From: Epiperipatus broadwayi
Taxonomy: Eukaryota > Animalia > Onychophora
Direction of reading: 5' to 3'
NCBI GenBank assembly: GCA_028023455.1
Contig: JAQFVV010000004.1
Location: 18,662,001 to 18,726,000, forward strand
Length of the DNA: 64,000 nt
Under the pieces are notes generated by a model that saw nothing but the letters and a program-made list of their open reading frames with translations, was not told the DNA's origin and made no database searches. The first letter of the stretch is position 1. Each line of letters opens with the position of its first letter. This document shows positions 28,247 to 41,850 of the stretch, one piece after another. Made by a program: the position numbers and the translations under genes.

Positions 28247-28497
28247 TATATAATAAGTAAACATGTTCACACTCACATACAATTCTAATGTTATATGTAA
28301 TAGATTATTACTTTCTCCATATGTATGGAGCAAACATTCAATGACAAATAATAAAAAAAGCTATTATATATTTTTATCATTACTTTATATTTATTTGATC
28401 CAAGTAAATAAACTATAAAATATTACATAAATATTTATAGTATTAGAAGTTATATTATTTGGAGATGTTTACACTTAAAATTTATTACTAAAATAGT
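28247..28497 (+). repeat. ~250-bp intronic segment duplicated at ~32100-32341
   Basis: Collinear direct copies (ttatatgtaatagattattactttctccat...gtttacacttaaaatttattactaaaatag). Confidence 0.85.
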
Positions 28498-28548
28498 CAC
28501 TTCTTCACTTCTATACCGAGGGCGCCACTAGGTCACATCATCACATAG

Positions 28549-29197
28549 ACTTGTATAAAAGATGGGATGATTGTGTTAGGAGGATTGTTGAGAGTTATAG
28601 TGGTAAGGAATGGGATAAAAGAATAGAAGCATTAATAAAAAATAGGGGAGTTGGAGAGATGGAGAACTAGTATGGAGGGTAAGAAGAGTTTGAATATATA
28701 TATAGAAGTAAACGGAATATTGCATGCGAGTTAATTTATGATAATAGTAAGGAAAGTAGTTTATTAATTAAGGCTCGAATGGGATCTTTAGCAACAAGAG
28801 AATATACATGTAAATGGAAAACCATGGATAATTTAATGTGCAAATTGTGTAAGGAAGGCATAGAAAATATTAGGCACCTGTTGATTGAATGTAAATGCTT
28901 GAAAGCAGAAAGGGTACAGATAATGAAGTTATGGGAGAATAGACATGAACAAAGTGACTATACAGAAAGTGAGTTATTAGTTTTTATGTTGAGTTTGCGA
29001 AGAGATAAGGGGGGTTTAGATATAAAGGCCATAGAGTTGACAAAGATTATGTTGTGGAAATGGGATGGAGCAGAATATGGGAAGACTTGAGAGTGGGGAA
29101 TGGAGAATAAAATGGCTAACAGATTTATCTGGGCATAATTGCCGAGATATTCTTGACTTCATTTAAGGAGAAGCCAAAATACATCACATCACATAGA
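28549..29197 (+). mobile_element. 5'-truncated non-LTR retrotransposon, 3' end with (CATCA)n tail
   Basis: C-terminal zinc motif CKLCKEGIENIRHLLIECKC; homologous to 58930-59588; 11-bp direct repeat catcacataga at 28539-28549 and 29187-29197. Confidence 0.88.
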
Positions 29198-31030
29198 AAA
29201 TTTAATTTACGGTGATGAAGAGTTGATGATGACCAATGCTACCAGCTAGATCCCAGGAGAGAAGAGATCTTTAACATTGTTCAGACAATTGAGGAAGAAC
29301 ACATAGACAGACGTTAGCCAGAATTAACTATAAACAAGTTTAAAGTTTATTAAATCTAAAATAAATATTAATCAAATAAAGCATGAAAGTTTAACCTAAA
29401 TTTTCCAGTGGGTTTCTCAGAGTGTACGAGAGTAAGATAACATTAAACACCTTGGCAGATAAGTTCATTTTCTCAGCTAAGAAAGTGATTTATAATGTCT
29501 TCCTGCTAGCGATTTATATAAACAAATTCCAGTTTCCTTTATTAAAAGATTTCAAAACAAAACGGTCTTGTATGGAATACAATGAATCAGCGCAAAGCGA
29601 TCTTTTTCCTATAATCCGGCAAAAACCTCTGGATATTGTAGGAGTGTCATTTGCCACAAACACTCATGAATGGTCACATTTAAAGCCACAAAGGTTGATT
29701 CCGACAAAAGAAAAAGAAAAGATTATGGTATTACGTAAGCTGAATTATAGGAAAACCAAATCTCTACTGACTAAGAAAAATAGAACAATACACTACAAAA
29801 ATCGCTAGCCAAAAGATTTGCGGTCTGCAGGAAATGCAAATCAAGATTGTCTAAATTAATGATAACGCAAAAATAAGGGACAAGTGAGCGAGTTAAAACG
29901 AAAATTATTAATATCTGTCCAAACATTTATCAAAGGTTAGTAATATAAAAAGAGAAAACACTAAGCATATAAAATATAAACTCGCAATACATTCTCGGAT
30001 AAATAAATTTAAAATATGAAATCTTAAAACTAAGACTTCAATACATGTAATAAAAAAAAACACACATAATAAAATAATTAGTGATATTTAAAGGAGTATG
30101 CATAACATATTATAGAGACAGGTTTCTTTTTTACATTATGCTGAGACTTTAATTAAAGATTTAAGCCCTGGTTATAAATTAAAATGTTCATTTACCTAGA
30201 GGCATAATGTTCTGTCTGGCTGATTTCTTCCAGTAGGGTAATACACAGTTTATTTCTATCTAGAGTTCATCATGCAGGTTTTGATTTCTATTTCGTTGGT
30301 CAGGAGTATGAAGGCAATAGTTAGGATCAGTTCTGGATTAGACTTTTAGGTCATGTTCTTGAAGGCACAATTATGGAGCTCTGGGGTTCGTCTTGGGATT
30401 GTTTAGCACTGCATATTTTTAGGAAAGTTTCTCATAGCATGTATTTTTGACATGGTGACAGGAAAATCACTACTAGTATGGCAAATAGTAGTCAGTAATT
30501 TTCCAATTGCAAAAATATAATATCAGCAATTGTGATATAAGATGCGATCAGCAATCTTCAAAATATAGGGCATCTGCCATCCGCGATTAGCAAATCTAAC
30601 AGTTAGCACAACAATCCGAATAAGAATAATAAAAAGCAGAATAATAATCCAATCAAAAACCCGGGGCTATTTATGTGAATTGTTATCCTCCGCCTAATCT
30701 CTATTTCCTTCCCACTTAATCTTAATTAAAAAAAAAAAAATCCAACCAAGGTTCATCTATTTTCAAATATTAATTAAATTTAAGTAATGAGAAAATAAGT
30801 CTCAGCTTTTAAAATAGATTACAATCAACAAAATAAAAAGAAACTTGATCGCATTCCAAACTTTTTTTTTTTAAATTAAAATGCTTTTACAAATGGATTA
30901 ATACTTTGCTTGCTTTTAATTACTATAGTGAAAAAAAAACAAGCGCCAAAAGAAAATTATTTTAAACTAAAATCTATTGAAAAAGTAAAATTACAGAATT
31001 TTAAAATATAAATGAATATGTGTGTTATTA

Positions 31031-31980
31031 GACCCGAGTCTCTTTTTACACGGACTTATTTAACACGATTTTAAAGTAACGCGATTCGTGTTTCACCGGA
31101 AGTCGAACTCTGATAATGTGCTATTACTTTAAATAATAAATTTTGAGCACTTACATTATATTGAAAGTAATTGCACATTATTGGAATTCGACTTTCATCT
31201 TAGTAATTTCAATATTTTCAGTGCTTTATAATAGTAAGATTTTATGCAATAATGAAATTAAAATCATGATTTCCACATTTTATGTATACACACATTAAAT
31301 TTTACAAGATTATAATGTAAATTTGTTCAAACATTGTGCGAGTTAATTTTGCATTTTAAATCACATTCTGTTTTTGCTTTTTAAAAAAGAACATAGTCAA
31401 TTATTAATCATTTAGTGTCAGCAAGTTTATTTTTAAAAAGTGAGTAATAGCAGTGGGCACAATTAAAATTGAAAATTAAAGACAAAAATAAGAATTTAAT
31501 TTTTAGTTGTTAGATTAATTACTAATTACGTTGTCACCAGAAAAACATTAACACAACATGAGAGTGACGTTGGCGCTAGTTGTATTTTCTCTTGTGAAGA
31601 ATCTGTTTTTTTATCAGTTTGCAAACGAACCTGTTTAACGGCAAATAGCGATAATAATTAAAATGTGTATAAAAAAATGTAAATTACTGTAAATTATGCA
31701 TAAAAATATATTGTTTTGAATAAAATTAAATATTATAATTAAAAAAAGTTAGTCTTGTATCAATTTTTTTCAAATTTGAAATTTTTTATTAGTCATATTT
31801 TATTTCCTTATTTTTTTTTTTTTTGGCGCGAATTTTAAAGTAATTTTACGTTGGTGCTTTGCTTTTACGCGAATTTTGAAAAATCACAGACCGGATCCCC
31901 CCCTTTTCAATGTAAGATAAGTCTATTTTTGCGCGTGTTTTCTGAGGAACCTACCTATCGCGTAAAACGAGACCCAGGTG
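31031..31980. mobile_element. MITE, Tc1/mariner (pogo/Tigger-like), copy 2
   Basis: ta|gacccgagtctctttttacac ... cgcgtaaaacgagacccaggtg|ta; collinear with 6779-7736 in the same orientation. Confidence 0.85.
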
Positions 31981-32099
31981 TATATAAAAAAAATAACATA
32001 CAAAACTTTTAAATAAAGTTTCTTTTAAAAACTTTATAAATATAAATGTTAGTTTTAATTTCACGGTAGTTGTCTTTGAAATGGATAAAGCATTTGGTT

Positions 32100-32341
32100 C
32101 AATAATAAATAAACGTGTTCACACACACACAATTCCATGTTATATGTAATAGATTATTACTTTCTCCATATATGGAGCAAACATTCAATGACAAATAATA
32201 AAAAAAGCTATTACAATTTTAATCATTACTTTATATTTATATGATCGAAGTAAACAAACTAAAATATTATATAAATATTTATAGTATTAGAAGTTATATT
32301 ATTTAGAGATGTTTACACTTAAAATTTATTACTAAAATAGT
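32100..32341 (+). repeat. Second copy of the 28247-28497 segment
   Basis: Direct alignment by eye; scattered substitutions and small indels. Confidence 0.85.
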
Positions 32342-35333
32342 TCGTAGCATATTTAATTAAAGCAATTAAATTGATATAACATTAAAAGAATTTATAGTGT
32401 ATATTTTTATAAAACTAATAATAATAAAAAAGGACAACAATAATATAAAAATATTATGCATCAAACTAATTACAAAAAAAAATTTTTTTTTCCATTACAT
32501 GAAATCTATGTCATTAGTTAAAATTAAACACATACCCAAAAAGAATGTTTTAAAATGTTATTTAGTGGTCATAACTATACTAAAAGCTATTTTATTTTTC
32601 CTGTTTGGGAAAAGTGGCACCAATTCTGTAAATTTTACCAAAAAAAAAACAAGATCTAACTATCTGAAGTCAAAAAAATACGCTTTTCAATAAAATTTGA
32701 TATAGTCAGCAAAAGTCAAATTAATCATGAAAATGTTTACAATTTTATTTGCTTAAGAACAACATAAACATAATGGTTTCACTAAAAAGTTCCTTATTCC
32801 AATCAGATGTAAAAAAAAAATTTAAAAAAAAACACACACACATTTATAATCAAAAAAAAAAAATTGATGACAAATAATTTAATATATATGCAGTAAATTT
32901 ATCCTTGTGATTATTTTTAAATAGAATAAAACATTAAAAAATCATTTTACATTTCAGGTAATTAAAATATATCATATTTTTCAATACTGAAACTCAACCG
33001 AAAATACTTCATTCATTAGCAACAAAATATGTTGATTACAAAATTATTACTTTCTGAGCATCCATTATAAAAATATTCTCTATTAATACAGAAACATTCT
33101 ACAAATACAATCACTAAAATATCATAAGATGATTTATAATCTTTTGATTTACACAAAACATCAAGCTATGCAGAAATATGTGAATGGATTACTTACACAA
33201 ATAGAAAACCATCTATATAAATAAATTTAAAAACTTAAAATAGAGATTCTGTAAACATGTATCTTTTAGTAAAAAAGTGTATAAAATTTTGCACAAAATG
33301 GATCACATTTCAGATTAAAATAAATAGTGAGAACATATTCTCTTTTATATTATAGACATTTATTTGTTAAATGATGGTTTATGTTAGTAAATTAACTTTA
33401 TTCTCTTCTTTAACCAAGCCTTCATTAACGACACCTATAACACATTGATTGTCTTAAATTTTCATTAATCATCTATTGTAAAAATAAAAATACTATAAAT
33501 TTTATATTTATGAAAAATTTAACATCAATTTTCTTGTGAATTGAATTTAAAAATGTCAATTTTTAGATTTTTTGTACTTGGTCTAATTATAACTATTTCA
33601 AACAATAAGTTACTGGATAATACTATCAACATATTTGTTTTTCATTTTTGGTTTATAAAATGAATGACAAATTTCTTAATGACTCTAGATTCTATGCTTT
33701 TTTTTTTTTCAATATGTTTGTATTTCAGCCTTGCAAAAAAATACATTTTAAAATTAATTCTTATTTTTGTTTTATGTATTACTACTTATTCAATTGTATC
33801 ATAAATTTCAGTTTTATTTCTGAATATTCTTAAAAAATATTTATCCAACATACATTTCATAGCATTCCCTACATTTATATAACACCATAAAAATAAATAA
33901 GAGTCTAATGTTAAAAAAATACATTTTTATAATTCATTTACTTATTTGTAATATATTATAAATCATTGTATTCACTATCTTAAACATATGAAAGTAGATA
34001 TTGTAAAAAAAAAAAAATGTTGGTGGCTTCTAGTATACATATCCATGATTCAAGTTTCATCAATTGGGTCAGACACACATTTTGTATTTATTGATGTTTA
34101 TCACATAAATTTACTTTATTGGTTCTCTTATTTTAGCTTAAATCTATTTATATCAATCACCATCTTTCAATAAATACTTGATTGAGTATTCATCATTTTT
34201 TATTTATTTCTGCATAAAAACATTTTATAAACTATATGTAATAATCAGTTTATCATTGTGAATAACAAATAATAACTGTTATTGATATTCCGCTAATATA
34301 ATTATTAATTATGCACTTCTATTTTTATAATATAATAAACCATGCAATCATCTAAAATTCAGTGTATACATTATACTTGTATTCAAATTTGATTATTTAT
34401 AACTTTTATGCAGTGGATTGGGTGTGGTATTGTATATGGTGCAGTCAACAATAAATTTTGGTAATGTAAATAAATGTCACTTCAAGTAATTTGAAGTTTA
34501 TAGATAACTAATAAAAAACGTTTTGGATATTCTTATCAGAATTATTGCTTACTATATGGATTAGCTACAGCTTAAAATGAAGTCACCATAAACCAAGATA
34601 TAAATACATTATAAAATATTTTTTTAGATTCATATTGAAAAATAGTGATTTGCTAATAAAATCTTCATTATCTGAGAGGGAGAGATAATTAATAAATAAG
34701 ATAAAACAATTAAATGTTAATAATTTTCATGTTTTATACATTTCTAGTTATCTTTGGTGATAATTTTATATGCTATAAATATATACCTAATTATCATGTT
34801 CTTTTGTTTGAGGGGGGGGGGCTATTTAAATTATAAGCCAATCCTCCATTCAGAAGCTGATGAGCCAGGGAAATAATGATTTCTTTGTTCCTCTATGAAG
34901 GCTGCTAGTCTTTGCTTTGCAATAGTTATTTAAAAGTTGATTTTACCTATACAAATTGTGTAGCAACTTTTACCTTTAGTCTGATCCAAATTTCAGATGA
35001 ATTTGAAAAATTTATCAATTTTAAAAAATTTTCATTGAAATACACCTAGCCTATTTTGCAATACTTTTGAGACTGTCAAAGTGCAAAATGTATATATATT
35101 TTCAGTTCATAGTTTATTCAATTCATAGTTAACAAAGAAAATAAATTATGGGTAAACCATTTTTCACTATCTTCATAATTTCTTTAACAATAATATCCAT
35201 ATATTTGACATTAAGTTTCTCCTTGCAAACTTGATAGAAACTATTTTTGTAGTTCTATCAATTGTTCCCAAATATACTTTCAGATTCTTGAAGACATAAC
35301 TTTAATGAAGTTGATGATAGAGGTTATGCTAAA

Positions 35334-38300
35334 TTTCTATTCCCTGGTGTTAGCTGCGGGATGGCGTTGATGCTAATCAAAAACATATACATATAACGAT
35401 TCCGGGCCGGACCTGTGATTGATTTTATATAAAAAGATCTGATTGAGATTTCTAATAAAATATTATAGTAACTAATACTATATGATGTTAGTCTTTCATT
35501 TTTGTAAATGTTTATTAATCTTTTTTTAGTTTGTGTGTGTGTCTTTAAAGTTACGGTGTTTTTCTAAATTTTTTTTACTTTATGTGTGTCTTTTTAAAGT
35601 TACGGTATTTTTTTCAAGAGTAAATAAATAATTTTATTAAAAAGCAATACGTAATTATAAATCTATAAAAACTAATGTAATTTATACAATATTTACTATT
35701 ATTATTTTGTGTGTGTTTTAATTATTCACATACATCACTACAAATGGAAAATAATTCGCGGCAAGAACTAAAAAAGAAAATAAACCCTCCCAAATATTTA
35801 AATGATTCTAGTTAAGTTCAAAGACTAACAAATAATTTTCGAACTTAGGGGAAGTATTGTTATGTAGGTGTATAATTAAAATACACACAAAATAATAATA
35901 GTAAATGTTGTAAATGGGGATCTTAATATTTAATCGTATATACGTGTATAATTTGTCGAATATACTGAAGCTATACATATATACACATGGAATATATATA
36001 TATGTTTGCTTCACCATTCACTGTGGTTTAACTAAAGACCCTGAGTTCAACCACAATGAATGTAGACTAAATTTAAAGTAGGAAAAAATTTACGGAATGT
36101 TCTTTTAATTTTAGAAAATAAAATGAAAAGATTTTATTTTAGATAAAGAAATAAAAATTTCTAGAACTCATTAGAGAAAAAGATTAATTAGATAAAAAAA
36201 AACAATTGATTTAAAAACACTGTAATTAAAATTAAGATAGAGAACAATGGAGATTGGAATGCAAGATGGCCAACAAGTTGTGTAGATAGAGAGAGAATAG
36301 TTTAGTTTCTGCACGGCTTTGCCTGAGTCAGTTCAACCGCTAGGACGGAAAAATAGCACAAGATATTTTAGTGAAGAAGAAATATATTTAACTGGTGGGT
36401 AAAGGCTCACACAAATAAGAGATATTAGATCCCTGCTGTGGAGTTTAGAACCACAAACAGTCAAAGAAACTTAAAAGAATTTTTCGGGTGTTATAATGGA
36501 AATGGCCGAGTAGATTCTTCTCTCTCTCTCTCTCTCTCTCGTCGGTTTTCCTGTTTTTTTTGCTGGAGCTGAAAAAGTATAATATCAGAATGTAGAGTTG
36601 GTGATAGAACATTTCTTGCATAACCGAATGCCTGCTGCCATTCATGGATAGTGAAGGACTAAAATCAAAATAAGCCGTTACTTGTGTAGTGCACTGAAAT
36701 CTCCATAAGACTATCTCATTAAAAGACATACGCATTTCAAAAATTACCAGTAATATAAATCTTTGTATTAGTGTTTGTTTTACTTTAAATATTTTCATTA
36801 ACAAAACGTATACGTACACGTAGTTCTTTTATATATGTGTGTGTGATTTTATTGGTTTTAAAACGTTTTATTAAAGGTTACTATTAAAACTGTTGATTTC
36901 TTTTCTGACACCAGAGTTTGATCGCTTTTGTGTGAATCTCCAAAACGGAATAATAAAATATTCTGTCATTTCTTTCTTTCTTTTTTAAAATATATACAGT
37001 AATTTACCTCAGCAGAAGCGCAAAGGTCATTCTCGATTAGATTAATGGTTTTTTTTTATTGAAAGGAAATCAATAGATCATTCTTATTTCGGTTTACTTA
37101 AAGAAAAAGCAAAATAATTAAAACTAAACTCAGCTTATAGTTTGTTTTTTTTTGTTTCTCGTTTTTGCTTTTTCGATCCGAATTAGAATTGCAGGGGCGC
37201 ATATATGTAGTCATTTCAATTAGAGTGGAGTGATTTGAAATAACCCGTACCTTTTAAATGGGAGAGAGAGTGTTTTTATGTAATCTAGTAATGCTAAAGA
37301 AGTTTTATTGATAAAGGTGAGTAGAGTTGGTTAAATAGAGTTCTAGTATCCTTTTATTAACCCACTAGTAAAGATATATATATATCTAAACGATTATGTA
37401 AAGATCAATAATATAAAGGGATTCCCTTTTTTTTAATCTAATTTTTACCTCAGTTTTTGTGAAAGCTTTGTGGCATGAGAATTTAGATATTCGTATTTAA
37501 TTTCAGGCTTGATTTTTTTTAAAATGGATTATTATTCCGTCTCAATCTTTCGTTTGTTACTTAGGGAGTCGGAAATATCATTATAAATTGTGTCTTATTT
37601 CAATCTCCATATTGGTGGGCTCATCTCACGGACGTCGCCGGATAATTCCGGAAATCGTTATATGTCAACCTATTAGTGACTGGACATAAGCGTTATGCTC
37701 CGTTTTTGAACTCAGATCACCCTCTGCGAACGAGTTCCTTCCCACCCTACTATGTTTTAGGGCCGGAGCGCTATCTAGCCTCATTTCGTTATACACTCCT
37801 CGTAGAGAGAAATATCTCTGGAAAACTGCTTGCCAAGAAAAGGGAGAAAGCCACCGTATCTCTAATACATTTAGTTAATACATTTGTTTTATTAAGCCTG
37901 ACTATTTTCTATGCTCAAAGCACTACGCAGAAACTGGTAAAAGGAGGGTTCAAATTTAAGTTACAGGCTATGTTTTTGTTATAGCTCCAAGAACATCTAT
38001 TTAATGAGTAATTTGTTGTTTTTTATTTATTTTTCTTTCTTTCTCTGCCACCTCTGAATGGTCCCTTTTACTCTCTCTTCCCAAAAATCATTCATCCCAT
38101 ACTAAGTAAATTTAACACAATTTTGTGAACTAAACCGATGTTTACTGCCTATATGTACTTATTGTCAGTCCATTGATGCTTTCAGGTAGACTGAGAAGTC
38201 AATGACCGCCTCATTAGATAGTGATCTTGTATCTTTCTTTGTGTATATAATAAACTTTAATTCTTTTGTAAACAATAAATCTTCTGCTTTATTTTAATAC

Positions 38301-39972
38301 ATTCACATACCACTTATTCTTATTTGTAAATTCCTCCTTCGAGTCTTATCTCTCCCAGACCACCGGGCATATATTGAGAAAAAATTCTAGTGAGATTATG
38401 GAGAGTAAGTCGCTTAGTGGCAATCTGGAGGACTAGGTGAGGCTCGAACCCCCTCAACCTGCATCTCTAGATTGGGTTAAAGCAGCTCTACTTTTCATAC
38501 CGTTATAATACATAAGCAAGTTATATATATATACGTGAAGATAAAAATACTTCGTTAATTTAAAATCATCTTAGATTTTAATAGCTGTATTATTTTGTAA
38601 AACAGCAAAAAAACAAATCCTTTTAGATAGGAAGGTTAATTAACGAAGGAACTTTGCAGATAAACAAAATGAATAATTAAAAAAGTAATCAGGCTGCAAA
38701 CGGGTAATCAATCAAAGTAAAACGTAAGTCTAAATCTGCTTCTGCAAGTAAACTGGGAGGGATTGGTCCGACCAGGACGGACAGACAAGATTTGACCAAT
38801 CAAATCCAGAAAAATCAGAACTGGTGAAATGAGTGAAAGTGTAAAGCATCGGGCACTTACAAACTGGGAGTTCTACAGATGCAGATGAACTGTGAAAGGT
38901 GCTGAACATCGCTTATTTAGCACGGTAGCCCCAGAGCGGACTGCTGGCCTCCTAACTTCCAAGAGTCAGCATATAGGGACGATAACATATAGGGACAATA
39001 AAGTAGGTCGCATAGATCTTTATTCTTATTTTGGTATACCTTCAGGTTTGTTGATATAAATGTATAATGATTGTTTTTAATGTATTCATGTAAATATGTA
39101 TATATTAGTGTATTGTAATTAAATCTGCTTTTCTTATTCTACCGGCGTTAGTCTCAGGGATTATGATTATTGTATGCATATATAGGCAGGGCAAGGTTGG
39201 CTTACTGCATAGATTGTTCGCCAGCGAGTATTATAACTGGTGGACATAACAGATCTTTATGAGTATGAATTCGCATTTCCTCACCACAAAGACACTTTTT
39301 CTGTTTCAACTGGATATTTTATTTTGCAAATACGCCACAGCGCTGGCTTCAGTTGATGGCAATTCCCATAGCTTGAAATACTCCGAGTTAGAGGTGGCGG
39401 CCATCTTACTTGTTACTGAGCGAATTCTCACACTCGAACATTATTTGTCGCGTGATTGTCAAATAAATGCTGTTGTGTACCCTTTCCAATAACTTTTTGA
39501 GGGTTACACATTCGTCATGGAAGCTTCACATCATTATTAATAAACTTACAACACTAAGGTAAGTTACAACACATTAAAAAAAAATATGTCTAATCAAATT
39601 TTAAAAAACTACGACTGGCTCAAATACACACACACTCACACGAAACTACAGAGAAAATAGATATTCTACTATTACGATAAAATGAAGAACAAAATCAACT
39701 ACGGCAGCCAATAAAGGCATTTCTCTTTGCTTTTAGCATAGAAAAAAAAAAGCCATAACCGGCAGCCGTCTGGAACTCTTTCTGTGTTTTATTATAGAAA
39801 GAAGTCTCTTTGTGTTGGCTTCTGTCATCGTCCAACATAACATGAGGACTCTTTTTTGCGTTTTAACGTAGAAAATTTCGTCTTTTGTTGGGTGAATGCC
39901 GGTGAAACGGTATATTTCTAGGAATTGACCTAGAAATAGCGACATCTCGAGGTCAACACCAGGGAATAGAAA
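35334..39972. mobile_element. Unclassified TIR-bounded element, ~4.6 kb, no transposase recognised
   Basis: Perfect 18-bp inverted repeat tttctattccctggtgtt (35334-35351) / aacaccagggaatagaaa (39955-39972) with further degenerate subterminal similarity; interior is CpG-richer than the flanks. Confidence 0.6.
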
Positions 39973-41791
39973 ATTACTGAGGTTATTGCTACTATTAACA
40001 TTTAATTTTTAATCTGTCAAAAACTTTGAAACCATCACTTTTAGAAGATAATACCACAGTTATTTAAATTTCACATTATTTTAGATATTATTGAATTTAT
40101 AATTTTCTTTTTCTTTATCTTAATCAATATTAATTAATTTTAAGACACAATCTCACATCAGTTTTATGGATACTATTCTTTCAATAATATTTTATAAAAA
40201 TTTAAAAGGATTAAGACTTTTTTGCTTTTTTTTATTGAATTAGACATACAATTGATAGAAAAATGAATAATAATAGAAAAATTGCCATAAGGTTACATAC
40301 ATTATTGTTTAAAATAAGGTTATATTGTTAATATGTTACAGTTTTATTAATGTCACCTTTCAGGCTAATTATTTTTAACTGTATAAAACAAATAACTTGA
40401 ATTTACTGGCTGACTAACAAGGGTCTATTTGCAATGAACCACAAACTATGCTTCATCAATATAAACTATTTCAATTATTCACAATCCAAAAAAAAAAAAA
40501 GGTAAATAAACAACCAAGCAAAAATAAAGCGTTAATTAAAATTTGTAATTGTAATAAATTTTGCGATAAAGCAGCAGGTATTCTTTCCTCTGAAAGTACT
40601 GTGTACGATCATATTTATTAATGTTATTTTGGATTTTGTTGAAAGTAAATACATTTTATTGTTTATTTCATTATCTTTTCCAAATTGGATGTATTATTTC
40701 ACAATATAAAATATTTTCCAATTGTAAAATTAAAAGTTACACAAAATTTATGACAATTCATAAAATACCTTTCTTCAGTAATAAAATGAAAATTATTGAT
40801 TTAAATGGCAGAAAAAAGGAATTATAAAATGTTCTTGTATAATATCAGGATTAAATTTTGAAGAAATAATTGACAATATAAAATGGATAATGACAAATGG
40901 GAATGAATGTCCAGATTTTGAAGTTAATATGAACTTGAAAACAACTAATCATCATATGCTTTCGTAGAAAAAAAAAATTACTAAAGAAAAAGCATATCAT
41001 CCAGAACATATGTAATTGCAAGGAAAGTCAGATAATTCACTATTCATTTTATTTTTTGAATGAATGTGAATAAGTTAAGATATACATAGTAAACATATAT
41101 GTGAATGTAATCATATTAATATTTTTATTTTTTTAATTTTATATTATAATATATGCAAATTATATAAATATAAAAGCATTTGTATTATATATGTGTGTGT
41201 GTTGAAAGATACTGCACACCTCTAATTAAAGTTAAACAAATATTAACAAAACATGAGCTATTACATGTGATGTACACACAAAAGAATAGATTCTATTATT
41301 AATTTCTCATTAAAAATTGTAAATATAAAATAATATGATTTAAATTTCCAAATATACTGTATTCATTAAGAATCAAAATTCATAAAATGATCTAAGTAAT
41401 TTAAATTTATATTAATCTATTACAATTTTCTCTATTACAATTACAAATACAATATTCAATTTTTGGAAAATTCAAATAGTATTCATGCACAAGATAATAA
41501 GAAATTAATTTTAAAATATTTCTTGCAAAATAATATTTAAAAAGCAAATGATATTAGAAAATTAATCCTAATAAAATATTAAGTTAGTTTAATAATTGTA
41601 ATACATTTATCATATAGTTAAATATCTAAATTTTAAACCATTAAGCATCACATTATCACTATCTTATACTAGCATATAATTGTTTATAAACAAAGCAAAA
41701 CTCTCCATACAGTATTGCCACCCTGTGCCAAACAGAGTAATCAATGAATGCCAGAAGGCTTGTGCATAAAATCCCTATCTAATGCCTACTC

Positions 41792-41850
41792 ATCTAATAT
41801 CCCCAGACTAGTTTCTGGCTTGTGGCTATCATCAGTGAGGAGCTTTGGAT
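41792..41850 (-). ncRNA. Minimal type I hammerhead ribozyme
   Basis: Minus strand reads AUCCAAAGC UCCUCA CUGAUGA UAGC cacaa GCCA GAAA CUAG UC UGGGGA; intact core, one mismatch in helix II. Confidence 0.82.

Noticed and set aside
28515-28535. CTCF-like motif ccgagggcgccactagg
   Set aside because: Spacing departs from the consensus, and it sits in probable repeat-derived DNA.
34858-34895. ctgatgagccagggaaataatgatttc, a hammerhead-like CUGAUGA...GAAA
   Set aside because: No helix II, no palindromic or paired helix III and no convincing helix I; likely chance.
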